Source: Terriglobales bacterium
GTDB taxonomy: Bacteria; Acidobacteriota; Terriglobia; Terriglobales; Acidobacteriaceae
Assembly: GCA_036513715.1 (NCBI GenBank)
Contig: DATBYM010000071.1
Location: 12,630-76,629 of the forward strand
Direction: 5' to 3'
Length of the DNA: 64,000 nt
Made by a program: the position numbers and the translations under genes
The notes under the pieces: model-generated
Database searches by the model: none
The model's input: only the letters and a program-made list of their open reading frames with translations
Told to the model about the DNA's origin: nothing
In this document: positions 52,773 to 62,125 of the stretch, piece after piece
Layout: each line of letters begins with the position of its first letter
Position numbering within the stretch: the stretch's first letter is position 1

Positions 52773-55436
52773 ATGCCTCTCACCTCTGGCACGAAGCTCG
52801 GTCCCTACGAAATTCAATCGCCGCTCGGTGAAGGGGGAATGGGAGAGGTATACCGCGCCCGGGACACCCGTCTCGAGCGTTCCGTCGCGATCAAAGTCCT
52901 GGCTTCTCATTTGTCCTCTTCCCCCGAACTGAAGCAGCGCATGGAGCGCGAGGCCAAGGCGATTTCCACGCTCAACCATCCACACATCTGCCATCTCTAC
53001 GACGTCGGCTCGCACGATGGTACCGAGTATCTGGTGATGGAGTTGCTGGAAGGAGAGACTCTCTCGCAGAGACTGGGGAAAGGACCAATGCCGATCGGCG
53101 AAGTCCTCCGAGTCGGAATTGCCATGGCCGAAGCGCTGGAAGCAGCGCACGGGCAGGGGATCGTGCATCGCGATTTGAAGCCCGGGAACGTCATGCTGAC
53201 AAAAAGCGGCGCGAAGTTGATGGACTTCGGTTTAGCGAAGTCGACGGCTGCCGGCTTGGGTGCGGCAGTCACGAGTGCGCCTCTGTTGTCGGCCGCGAGG
53301 ACGATGAGTGGAGCAAGTCCGAGGTCTCCGCTCACAACCGCCGGCGCGATCATCGGCACGATCCAATACATGTCGCCAGAACAGATCGAAGGCAAGGAAG
53401 CGGATGGGCGATCGGACCTGTTTGCGCTGGGCGCTGTGCTTTACGAAATGCTAACTGGTGCAAGACCGTTTGCCGGCAAGAGCCAAATCAGTGTGGCCAG
53501 CGCGATTCTCGAGAAGGACCCGGAACCGATTTCCACGTTACAGCCACTGACGCCACCGGCGTTGGAGTATGTCATCCATGCCTGCCTGGAGAAGAATCCT
53601 GAGGATCGCTTCCAAACAGCACATGATGTCAAGCTGCAACTAAAGTGGATTGCGCAAAGCGCGAACCAGGATCGCAGGTCGGACGGAAACGAAGAAACAA
53701 AACGTGGAAGTCTTGGTTGGATCGCTGCCGCGGCAGTCGCCGTCGTATTGATTGCATCCCTTGTGTGGTGGCGAAGCTCGATACCCGCCGAGCAGATCAC
53801 GTATTTTTCCGCGCCGCTCCCCTTCTCTTCTCGCGACGTGGCTGTTGCTCCCAATGGTCACACGGTTGCGGTCGTTGGCTATCGTGAATCGGAACGAAAA
53901 AGCGTTCTTTGGATTTATGAGGTGGGCTCGCAGTCGGGCAACAGCTTGCCCAACACCGAGGGCGCCAACTTTCCCTTCTGGTCGCCGGACGGCCGTTCGC
54001 TCGGATTCTTCGCCGATGGAAAGCTGAAGAAACTTGAACTGGCGGGCGGACCTGTCCAAACCTTATGCGATGCGCCTACCGGACGCGGCGGCGCATGGAA
54101 TAAGGACGGCGTGATCCTATTTACTCCGAGCGGACTTTTGGGAACCGGCCTTTTTCGAATTCCGGCTTCGGGTGGCGCGCCGGTGCAGGTCAGCTTTCCA
54201 GATCGAACCCAGGGGGAGGACAGCCATCGCTGGCCCATATTTTTGCCGGACCAAATCCATTATCTCTATTTGGCGATGAATCTTACGGGTCGAAAAGATC
54301 TTTACTCGGTCTACGTGGGCTCGTTGAATTCGAACGAGAAGCGACTGGTTGTCCGTACCAGAGCTAACGCTGCCTACGCCTCGCCCGGATATCTGATCTT
54401 CGAGCGCGATCAGACTCTTTTTGCGCAACGTTTTGACCCGAAGAGATTAGAGCTGAGCGGAGAGCCGACTCCTATTCTGAACGACGTTCAGTATTGGCCG
54501 CGCATCGCGAGAGCGGTCTTTGCCACTTCGAATACTGGGCTTCTGGTGGCGCAAAAAGCTGGAGATAACGGCATCTCACAACCACTCTGGTTCGATCGCA
54601 AGGGTCAGCCGGTCGGAGTGGTGTTGAAACCCGGCATTTACGGCAACATATCCTTGTCGCCGAACGGAAAGTTGTTGGCCTCGGATACGACGGATCCTGC
54701 CAGCCAGAACACGGACATATGGACTTACGATCTCCAGACGGAGAGCGCCAAGCGGCTGACATTCGATCCATCCATCGACTCGATGCCGGTCTGGAGTCCG
54801 GATAGCAGCCGGATGGTTTTTGCCTCAAATCGCGAATCTAAGTTTGATTTATATCTGAAAGACGCCAACGGGGCGCAAGAGGAGAAGATAGTCGCGCAAG
54901 ACGGCCCCGACCGGTTCCCCAATGATTGGTCTCCCGACGGCAAATCCGTGATCTATGAGCGAGGGTCGGATCTGTGGATTTTGAGTTTGCCAGATCTCAA
55001 GATGACTCAGTTCTTAAAAGCGTCATCGCTGAAGAATGCACGTTTCTCGCCGGATGGACGCTGGGTGGCCTATGCGTCGAATGAAAGCGGGCGATGGGAA
55101 ATTTATGTGACTTCTTTTCCTGATGCGCATGGCAAGTGGCAGATCTCGAACGGAGGTGGAGATCAACCCAAATGGCGAAGCGATGGGAAAGAACTCTTCT
55201 ACATAACTCCCGATGGAAAAATCATGGCCGCGGCGGTAACCGTCGGCTCCAATTTCGATGCCGGAAGCCCCAGCGTGCTGTTTCAGGCCAACCCACGGGA
55301 GATGGTTGCAACCTCCGAGCAGGTTACTTATGACGTCAGCAAAGACGGGCAGAGATTTCTGATCAACACGCAGCTGAAGACAGGAACAACCCCAATGTCA
55401 GTGGTTCTGAATTGGACGCCGAAGTTGACCCGATGA
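52773..55436 (+). CDS. Ser/Thr protein kinase fused through one TM helix to a periplasmic TolB-like (PD40/WD40-like) beta-propeller
   Basis: ..LGEGGMGEVYRARD..VAIKVL.., ..HRDLKPGNVML.., ..DFGLAK.. The TM is ..WIAAAAVAVVLIASLVWW.. Repeated ..P.WSPDG..L.F.. propeller blades follow. Confidence 0.9.
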   Translation: MPLTSGTKLGPYEIQSPLGEGGMGEVYRARDTRLERSVAIKVLASHLSSSPELKQRMEREAKAISTLNHPHICHLYDVGSHDGTEYLVMELLEGETLSQRLGKGPMPIGEVLRVGIAMAEALEAAHGQGIVHRDLKPGNVMLTKSGAKLMDFGLAKSTAAGLGAAVTSAPLLSAARTMSGASPRSPLTTAGAIIGTIQYMSPEQIEGKEADGRSDLFALGAVLYEMLTGARPFAGKSQISVASAILEKDPEPISTLQPLTPPALEYVIHACLEKNPEDRFQTAHDVKLQLKWIAQSANQDRRSDGNEETKRGSLGWIAAAAVAVVLIASLVWWRSSIPAEQITYFSAPLPFSSRDVAVAPNGHTVAVVGYRESERKSVLWIYEVGSQSGNSLPNTEGANFPFWSPDGRSLGFFADGKLKKLELAGGPVQTLCDAPTGRGGAWNKDGVILFTPSGLLGTGLFRIPASGGAPVQVSFPDRTQGEDSHRWPIFLPDQIHYLYLAMNLTGRKDLYSVYVGSLNSNEKRLVVRTRANAAYASPGYLIFERDQTLFAQRFDPKRLELSGEPTPILNDVQYWPRIARAVFATSNTGLLVAQKAGDNGISQPLWFDRKGQPVGVVLKPGIYGNISLSPNGKLLASDTTDPASQNTDIWTYDLQTESAKRLTFDPSIDSMPVWSPDSSRMVFASNRESKFDLYLKDANGAQEEKIVAQDGPDRFPNDWSPDGKSVIYERGSDLWILSLPDLKMTQFLKASSLKNARFSPDGRWVAYASNESGRWEIYVTSFPDAHGKWQISNGGGDQPKWRSDGKELFYITPDGKIMAAAVTVGSNFDAGSPSVLFQANPREMVATSEQVTYDVSKDGQRFLINTQLKTGTTPMSVVLNWTPKLTR

Positions 55437-55652
55437 AGTTGCCACTGACGGCTGTATTCGTCTGCGGATAAAGGGGAAGCCGGAAGGTTATACCCCGGAA
55501 CAAATTCTCAACAATCCTTGGCTGAAGTCGACTGCTGGGAAGTGATCTGTAACTCCAAAGTGTTCGCTTACTCCAAGCGCGTCTCTGGAGAGCTTCCCGT
55601 TTGCCGACCATTCACGCATTGAGCGGCAGATTCAGGGCTCGCGCGTTCTAAA

Positions 55653-56441
55653 ATGCCTAATATGAGTTTTGGCGTCCTGCTACGTCGGTGGCGCACTGTT
55701 CGCCACCTCAGCCAACTGGATCTTGCGCTCGATGCCGATATCTCAACGCGTCATCTCAGTTGCGTCGAGACGGGCCGGGCAGAGCCGAGCCGGGAGATGA
55801 TCCTACGGCTCGCTGAGACTCTTCAGATTCCGCTGCGCGAGCGCAATGCCCTGCTGCTAGCGGCGGGCTACGCGCCATTTTATCGTCACACCAATCTCGA
55901 CACACCTGAGGCAGAGGCGGCACTCCGTGCCGTGGAGCTTCTCATGGCGCAACTCGAGCCTTATCCCGTACTCGTCCTGGACCGATATTGGAACACTCTG
56001 AAGATGAACACTGGCGCAAAGCGCTTTCTTGCTTTCTTCCCGGGCTGCGATTCTGGAACGCCTCACAACGGAGTCCGCCTTGTTTTCCAGCCTCAGGGGC
56101 TGCGTCCTTTTATCGAAAACTGGGAGATCGTGGCTGCACGCATCATTCAGCGGGTGCATCGCGAAGCCGCCGCTAACCCGTCGGATGAGACGATGAAGCG
56201 CTTCCTCGAAGAGTTGCTCGGCTACCCGGACGTCCCGAACCGCTGGCGCATGCTCGATTTGGAGGGCACTCCTCCACCGTTTTTGACCATCAACTACCGG
56301 TGGAGGAACTCGACGGTTCGCTTGTTTTCTGCGCTTACTACCTTCGGCACTGCGCTGGACATTGGACTGCAGGAACTGCGCATTGAGAGTTTCTTCCCTG
56401 CCGATGAAGCCACGCGCGCTGCGCTAACCTCAGCCCGATAA
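55653..56441 (+). CDS. MmyB-family (XRE HTH plus MmyB-like ligand-binding domain) transcriptional regulator
   Basis: ..LRRWRTVRHLSQLDLALDADISTRHLSCVETGRAEPSREMILRLAETLQIPLRERNALLLAAGYAP.. Confidence 0.85.
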   Translation: MPNMSFGVLLRRWRTVRHLSQLDLALDADISTRHLSCVETGRAEPSREMILRLAETLQIPLRERNALLLAAGYAPFYRHTNLDTPEAEAALRAVELLMAQLEPYPVLVLDRYWNTLKMNTGAKRFLAFFPGCDSGTPHNGVRLVFQPQGLRPFIENWEIVAARIIQRVHREAAANPSDETMKRFLEELLGYPDVPNRWRMLDLEGTPPPFLTINYRWRNSTVRLFSALTTFGTALDIGLQELRIESFFPADEATRAALTSAR

Positions 56442-56595
56442 TCGCGAAGCAGTGATTTGCTTTAACGACAAAACCATCTGGCTCGCACATATCTTCGTAT
56501 AGAACGTGTCTTCCCATGACCTCGGAGGTCATGGACAACGTTTTTCCCTTCTCGGATACTGCGGGTGTAGCAATGACCCCTAAGGAGGCAACAAA

Positions 56596-57111
56596 ATGAA
56601 AAAGAGCGTTTTCAGCCAGTGGTTCGTAGCGTTGTTGTTGTTCTCAGCTTCAGTATGGTGGGCGAGCCTTAGCATCCGAGGCGCGGCGGCAATGGGTAAG
56701 GGCGGCGACGCTCCCCTGCCATCAAACGATCCGGCCGCTGTCGACACTATCAAGCAACTCGGACGGGATATGGGGGATGCAATGGTGGCTGGCGATATCG
56801 ACAAGCTCAATCAGATCTTCGCCGACGACTGGGCATCCGTCGGAATAACCTCCGGCAAGATTATTACCAAGGAGAAGGTTTTAAACGATTTTAAATCCGG
56901 CAAGGACAAACTCGTGTCGTATGCGCTAGGGCCTATCGACGTGCAGGTGTTCGGCGATGTTGCCGTGGCCCATGGCGGTGTCACAGAAAAGAGAATCCGG
57001 GACGGAAAAGACGATAGCGGTGAGTCTGTTTATATGGATCTCCTCGAGAAGCGCGCAGGCAAATGGGTGGTCGTGCGCAGCGCAGCCGCGAGCGTGAAGT
57101 CAGGGAATTAA
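56596..57111 (+). CDS. Secreted NTF2-like / DUF4440 (SnoaL-like) family protein
   Basis: Signal peptide, and ..DIDKLNQIFADDWASVG..GDVAVAHGGVTEK..MDLLEKRAGKWVVVRS.. An SD (AAGGAGG) precedes the ATG. Confidence 0.75.
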   Translation: MKKSVFSQWFVALLLFSASVWWASLSIRGAAAMGKGGDAPLPSNDPAAVDTIKQLGRDMGDAMVAGDIDKLNQIFADDWASVGITSGKIITKEKVLNDFKSGKDKLVSYALGPIDVQVFGDVAVAHGGVTEKRIRDGKDDSGESVYMDLLEKRAGKWVVVRSAAASVKSGN

Positions 57112-57174
57112 AAGAGCCGACCAGACTTTTCCAGGACTAGAGTACTAGCTGCCTAGCACAAGGAGTCTATTGCA

Positions 57175-58038
57175 ATGTTGGCACTCGAAGGAAAGGTTGC
57201 GGTTATAACCGGCGGGACGAGCGGGATCGGCGCCCGTACCGCCGAGGTTTTCGTCGCCAGCGGAGCGAAGGTTGTGATTGCTGGCCGTCGCCAAGACAGA
57301 GGAGAGAAACTTGCAGGGAAGCTCGGCGATGCCGCGAGCTTCATTCGTACAGATGTCTCAGTCGAAGCCGACGTCAAGGCGATGATTGACCATGCCGTGG
57401 ACCGCTTTGGCCGCGTCGATTGCCTGATGAACAACGCCGGCAGGAGTTCGCAATATGCCGCCATGGCCGAAGTTGATCTGGAGGTGTTCGATGCGGTGAT
57501 AGCCGTGCACCTGCGTGCCGTCCTGGCGGGGATGAAATATGCGGCGCGTATGATGGCCGTACAGGGAACGGGCAGCATCATCAATGTTGCAAGTGTCAAT
57601 GGATTCCGCGCCGGGCTGGGAGGATACTACTATTCAGCCGCGAAGGCAGGTTCGATTCACCTGACGCGTTGCGCCGCCATGGAGTTGGGCGAGAAAGGAA
57701 TTCGAGTGAACAGCCTCTCGCCAGGCATGATTGCTACCGGAGCTTTCGCCAAGTCTATAGGCATGCAAACCGACGAGGCGGATGACCATCCGGAACTTGC
57801 CGAGGCCGCCATTGGTTCTGTCGTGGCAAGATGGCAACCGCTGCAGTATGTCGGCCGCACGGATGATATCGCGCAAGCTGCACTGTTCCTGGCCAGCGAT
57901 GCGTCGCGTTTCGTGACCGGACAGAACCTGGTCGTGGATGGGGGCATCAGTGCAGGATGGCCGATCGCCGCTGCCCGCCCTGACCGCGAATTGTTGTTCC
58001 GCACAATTCAGGAGAGCGTGTCGGTTCATTCCGCGTAG
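57175..58038 (+). CDS. Short-chain dehydrogenase/reductase (SDR) family oxidoreductase
   Basis: ..KVAVITGGTSGIGARTAE.., ..NNAG.., ..YSAAKAG.. Confidence 0.95.
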   Translation: MLALEGKVAVITGGTSGIGARTAEVFVASGAKVVIAGRRQDRGEKLAGKLGDAASFIRTDVSVEADVKAMIDHAVDRFGRVDCLMNNAGRSSQYAAMAEVDLEVFDAVIAVHLRAVLAGMKYAARMMAVQGTGSIINVASVNGFRAGLGGYYYSAAKAGSIHLTRCAAMELGEKGIRVNSLSPGMIATGAFAKSIGMQTDEADDHPELAEAAIGSVVARWQPLQYVGRTDDIAQAALFLASDASRFVTGQNLVVDGGISAGWPIAAARPDRELLFRTIQESVSVHSA

Positions 58039-58350
58039 CTCGAGTTTCGCGCTGATAGCCGTGATGATTGTAGCGGCGAGCCATAACAACCGGAGTCAAT
58101 TGTTGCGTCGCAACAACACCTCTGGTTACTCTCGGAAATTGCCACCTCGGCCCCAGACTCGTTGGATGGGTGACGGGCAAAGGAAGTTATCCGATCGCCG
58201 GTCGGATTAGTGCCAAGAAACGCCCTGGCGGTGACCGGCTGATTGTTGGCGAAAAAGCCGACTTCCCGTTACTAATCCAGCCTTGAAGCGGATAGCAATC
58301 CGGATAGCCGACTGTGCATGCTCGATCAGCACGCTTCGGCTCGGTCGCCG

Positions 58351-59058
58351 TTAGTTTGCGGGCCCGGCAAACAGCAGCAGATTCCCATCCGGATCCTTGA
58401 CGACGAAATTCTTGGCGCCCCATGGCTGCTTTTTCAGTGTCTGGTGAAAGGCAACACCCGCGGACTGAAACTCAAGAAACAGCAGCTTGATCTCCTCCGC
58501 TGTAGCGACGGTCATAGTTACTGACAACAGTGACACCGACGATAACGATACCGACAACAGTTCCTCCCGATCGTCGACCGTCGACTCGATTACCGGTCGC
58601 TCGACGTACCTTAGATTGAGACGCGCCGCGTCGCGACCGACCTGCGCATAGTAGGGAGGCTTGCCGTAACTGAATACAAGCGAAAAGCCTAACTTCTCAC
58701 GGAAAAATTCGCATGCTCTATTGATATCGGTGACGAACAGTTGCGGCTCTGCACTGACAATCGTTGCTTTGGATGGCGCTGATTTGGATGACGACGATTT
58801 GGACGATGATGCCTTCACCTTGAACGACGTCGTCGAAAGTCCGGTTTTCAGAGCCTGCCAACTATCGAAGCCTTGCTGTCTTGCGACCATTTCCTGCGCA
58901 TCGCTGAGCTTAAAGCTCGTCGCAAGAATCTCCGAGTCGGGCATATTCAGGAAACGAGGCAAATGCTCGCGGATTTCTGCGGCGACGGGATAGTGGCGTT
59001 CGCGATGCCACCGCAATATGAGCTTGGCTTGCTTTTTGAGGTTCTCTAGATTGGGCAT
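58351..59058 (-). CDS. Two-domain protein: conserved N-terminal helical module, Ser/Lys-rich linker and VOC (glyoxalase/bleomycin-resistance) domain
   Basis: I chose ATG 59058 (GGAGG 5 nt upstream). The N-terminus MPNLENLKKQAKLILRWH..FKLSDAQEMVARQQGFDSWQALK matches the ankyrin protein N-terminus. The C-terminus ..EPQLFVTDINRACEFFREKLGF..PWGAKNFVVKDPDGNLLLF is VOC-like. Confidence 0.85.
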   Translation of the reverse strand: MPNLENLKKQAKLILRWHRERHYPVAAEIREHLPRFLNMPDSEILATSFKLSDAQEMVARQQGFDSWQALKTGLSTTSFKVKASSSKSSSSKSAPSKATIVSAEPQLFVTDINRACEFFREKLGFSLVFSYGKPPYYAQVGRDAARLNLRYVERPVIESTVDDREELLSVSLSSVSLLSVTMTVATAEEIKLLFLEFQSAGVAFHQTLKKQPWGAKNFVVKDPDGNLLLFAGPAN

Positions 59059-59193
59059 GTGGACCTCCACGATGAGATCGTAGGTGGGCATTGCCCTTCG
59101 GCGACCTGCCGTTGCATCCTACATGCGCAGGTTGCAGTATCTGCGACCGTGTCAGGAGTTGTCAATTGAGAACGACGCCGCGTAGAAAGTGGA

Positions 59194-59601
59194 GTGACCA
59201 TGAAAACGAAATTGCTGCGATTCAACGGCGCTGTCGAGCGCGATCCCACCATCGATGCATGGATGAAAGAGCGTGCCGGTGGATTGGGAGCCATCGCGCA
59301 CGAGTGGTTTGAGGTGATGCGAAAATGCGGTGACGAAGTCCGGGAGCTTTTGCATGACGGCTGTCCGGTTGCTTGTTTGGGAGATGCGCCCTTCGGCTAC
59401 GTCAATGTATTCACTTCTCACGTGAACGTGGGGTTCTTTCACGGCGCGGCGCTGCCGGATCCAGCACGCTTGCTGCAAGGCACCGGCAAGTTCATGCGCC
59501 ATGTGAAGCTGCGCCCTGGAACGGCCACAAACGCCGCAGCGCTAAGCAGGCTCATCGATGAGGCGTACTCGGATATAAAGGAGCGCGTCGAAAACGGCTA
59601 G
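59194..59601 (+). CDS. DUF1801 (YdhG-like) domain protein
   Basis: ..VNVFTSHVNVGFFHGAALPDPARLLQGTGKFMRHVKLRPG.. is typical of DUF1801. Confidence 0.8.
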   Translation: MTMKTKLLRFNGAVERDPTIDAWMKERAGGLGAIAHEWFEVMRKCGDEVRELLHDGCPVACLGDAPFGYVNVFTSHVNVGFFHGAALPDPARLLQGTGKFMRHVKLRPGTATNAAALSRLIDEAYSDIKERVENG

Positions 59602-59833
59602 CTCAGAGAAACGCTTGGGGGAGTGACGCAATGTGAACCGCCAGATTAGTAACTGGATCCATGGAAGAAGTACTCCGGAGAGTTCGTCAGCGAGGATGCG
59701 TTCCTGGAGACAATTTACCTCTCGCTGACCGGAGAGAAGACCGGAAAGTTTATCAAGCACAATTCATAAGCAAACGTCATGCCCCGCTCCAGCTGACGTA
59801 GAATTTCGATAATCGGGCGATACGCAAGCCCTT

Positions 59834-60245
59834 TCAACGGTCGATGCAATAGCATTTAACAAGAGTTATCCCTCCCGCCACCGTTGTCCCGTAAAGGTTG
59901 TGCTTCTTATCCCTGATTAGCGATCCCTCGGGCGAGCCCGCTCCCTCTTCGAAGCTGTAGAGTACGGTGACTTCACCCGTTCCCGGGTTGAACCTGAACA
60001 CCGAACCGTAACCGTAGGCTCCGCCCGCGATAGTCGTACCGTAGAAATTCCCCGCGACCCGGATCATCGCCGCTGACGGCAGGGCCGCATCGCCCCTTGC
60101 CTTAAGCGAGGCCAGTAGCGGCGCTAAAAACATGAAGTACGGTGAAATTTTGGCCGCGCAGTGGGGAGACAAGCAACAGAGCTACTACTAGTAGGGCTAG
60201 CGGAGATAAAACCGTACCCAGTTTGTCAGGAAGGTTGGGCGACAT
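59834..60245 (-). pseudogene. Frameshifted and truncated GloVer-type tandem-repeat secreted protein
   Basis: ATG 60245 (GGAG upstream) gives signal peptide ..LALLVVALLLVSPLRGQNFTVLHVFS.. and then a stop. A second frame continues ..GDAALPSAAMIRVAGNFYGTTIAGGAYGYGSVFRFNPGTGEVTVLYSFEEGAGSPEGSLIRDKKHNLYGTTVAGG.. The shift is near 60105-60135, and the protein ends after about 1.5 repeats. Confidence 0.6.
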
Positions 60246-60710
60246 AGGCACTCCATTCTTTTTGTCTGAAACGCATTGACCGCGCACGGGAGGGAATGGG
60301 GTGGAGGTCTAGTCCCATAAGATCGTGTGCGCAATCATAAAGAGTCATCCCTTCACTCTGGGACCAAGCACCTTGGCGATCGCCTGCGGAATCTGAAACC
60401 ACGGCCTGCTGTCATACACATCGATGTGAAAGGTCACGCTGAGAGCACTTCCCCTTTTAGTTCAACGGCTTTTCGGACGGTTCGCCCCAGACGGAGTGAG
60501 GTCTAGGCTGATGGCTCCCCCACGCGATCCAGCGCAACGTCGCCGCCGCGAGTAGCGCGATCAAGAGCCAGCACAAAATATTCATCGATGCCTTACGCCG
60601 GGTATTCATTGCGGCCAATTGTAAAACAAAGCGCCCCAAACTCTTTCGAGTCATGGGACGCTAGGTTGAACAGCCCTCCCCCGAAGTCTGCTCAGTTGCA
60701 AACTATCCTT

Positions 60711-61148
60711 TTAGCGATGAGTTGGGGAATGGCCCGCAAGAGGGATTTGATGGCCCGATAGTTGTCTTTTGGTGCCGTTGTAAAGCCACCGGCGTGAACG
60801 CGGTGTCACACTGCTTGCGCGTGAGCGCCTGCCAGATTTTCGTGCGTTCTTTGCTGGCTTTACCGATGCATTCGGTTTTTTCAGGCCGTCATCCAGCATC
60901 CGTGGCATATTGTTTTCAATGATGAACCGCTCTCCGCACTTCGGACAGGTGCGCTGCCCAAACTTGACCGTATCCATCACGGTCGCGATTATCAGAGGCG
61001 CAATGCAGTGCGGACAGTTGATCTGAATTTCGGTGAGTGGGAATGATGGTTCGTCTTGCGCCGGGCGCGGGCGTCTCCCGTTCGCCAGATGCGACGGGGC
61101 AGGATAGCTTGAGGTTGTAAGGCCGGAGACTAGGTGAAATGAGAGCAT
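60711..61148 (-). CDS. Zinc-ribbon protein with a basic C-terminal tail, hypothetical (start uncertain)
   Basis: CPHC..(19 aa)..CPKC four-Cys ribbon followed by a Lys/Arg/Ser-rich tail. There is no clear SD at ATG 61148, and it overlaps the start of the divergent ORF 61139.. by 10 nt. Confidence 0.3.
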   Translation of the reverse strand: MLSFHLVSGLTTSSYPAPSHLANGRRPRPAQDEPSFPLTEIQINCPHCIAPLIIATVMDTVKFGQRTCPKCGERFIIENNMPRMLDDGLKKPNASVKPAKNARKSGRRSRASSVTPRSRRWLYNGTKRQLSGHQIPLAGHSPTHR

Positions 61149-61348
61149 GGCGGACCGAGGCGGGGCACCTCGCTTGCTACTGGTCTGAGGTGGGACAGCA
61201 CGTTCAATACGACCCGCGCTGGATGCAAGAGAGTGCAGATATTCGAAGCGGCTACTTGCCTCCCGTTCCTGATTTTGCCAGTCACAGCCCGTTCGGGGGA
61301 GCAACCTCCTGGTTCCAACTCCATACCGCTGACCGCGATTCCAAATAA
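61139..61348 (+). CDS. Small Trp/Tyr-rich hypothetical protein (69 aa)
   Basis: MRAWRTEAGHLACYWSEVGQHVQYDPRWMQESADIRSGYLPPVPDFASHSPFGG.. has protein-like composition. GGAGA sits 9 nt upstream. Confidence 0.4.
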   Translation: MRAWRTEAGHLACYWSEVGQHVQYDPRWMQESADIRSGYLPPVPDFASHSPFGGATSWFQLHTADRDSK

Positions 61349-61418
61349 ATGTTCGCCGATTCCAACCGACGCCGAGGACGGTGCCTTTGCCCGTTGTGCC
61401 GCCGCGATCTTTCGACCG

Positions 61419-61490
61419 TCATAGACTGCGCACGACAAAAACAATCAACACAATTACGACAAGTGTTCCTACCAAACCGTAACCGAACAT
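61419..61490 (-). CDS. 23-aa hydrophobic single-TM peptide
   Basis: Not in the track. TAGGAGGGGTT-ATG, giving MFGYGLVGTLVVIVLIVFVVRSL, then a stop. Confidence 0.45.
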   Translation of the reverse strand: MFGYGLVGTLVVIVLIVFVVRSL

Positions 61491-61670
61491 AACCCCTCCT
61501 AGTCAAAACGTGTAAGAATCTAACCACATTATGGTGAAAGTGATTAGTCTTCGCTGCTCAGTTTTGCTCACAGCACTAACGGTAATCAAAGCGGCCTCGA
61601 TATGATCCATATTGCACAGAAGTTCTTCGCCGCAGCGTCCATGCTGTAGATGCGTCCTTCGAGGTGTCCT

Positions 61671-61832
61671 GTGCATGAACAAGCTAATGAACGCTGGTAC
61701 CAACTGTGCCAGCTAGCCGCCGTTGAAGCCGACCCTGAACAACTCTTGGAATTGGTAACGGAGGTGAGCCTTTTGCTAGAAGCGAAAGAACCCGCCCTAA
61801 CGCACGTTCGGCGTGGCACGATTTCGGTATGA
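61671..61832 (+). CDS. Small helical protein, paralogue 1 of the 'ERW..L..LA..E.DP..L..L' family
   Basis: GTG 61671 sits 4 nt after GAGGTG. Sequence is VHEQANERWYQLCQLAAVEADPEQLLELVTEVSLLLEAKE.. Confidence 0.55.
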   Translation: MHEQANERWYQLCQLAAVEADPEQLLELVTEVSLLLEAKEPALTHVRRGTISV

Positions 61833-61903
61833 ATGCGCTGAGGTTACGATTTGTGTCTTGCGGTGGGAGTGCCAGTATTTCTGAGCTTTTTCTTATTGCT
61901 GAA

Positions 61904-62125
61904 ATGAGGATTATGTCGAAACACTTTGAACGATGGAAAGAGTTAGCCGCTCTGGCCTCCAAGGAACAAGATCCTGCGACGTTGACGGAACTCGCACACG
62001 AAATGAACTTCGTTCTTACGCAGAAAACACCATACATCCCTCAGGCGCGGGCGGCGGGTCCGCACGAAGCGGGCCAACGCGACGTTCTGAAGGCAAACCC
62101 GGAGAGTAAAGTATGTTTCATTTAA
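61904..62125 (+). CDS. Small helical protein, paralogue 2 of the same family
   Basis: ..MSKHFERWKELAALASKEQDPATLTELAHEMNFVLTQKT.. The start is ATG 61904 or 61913. The end overlaps the yeaQ-like start by 13 nt. Confidence 0.55.
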   Translation: MRIMSKHFERWKELAALASKEQDPATLTELAHEMNFVLTQKTPYIPQARAAGPHEAGQRDVLKANPESKVCFI

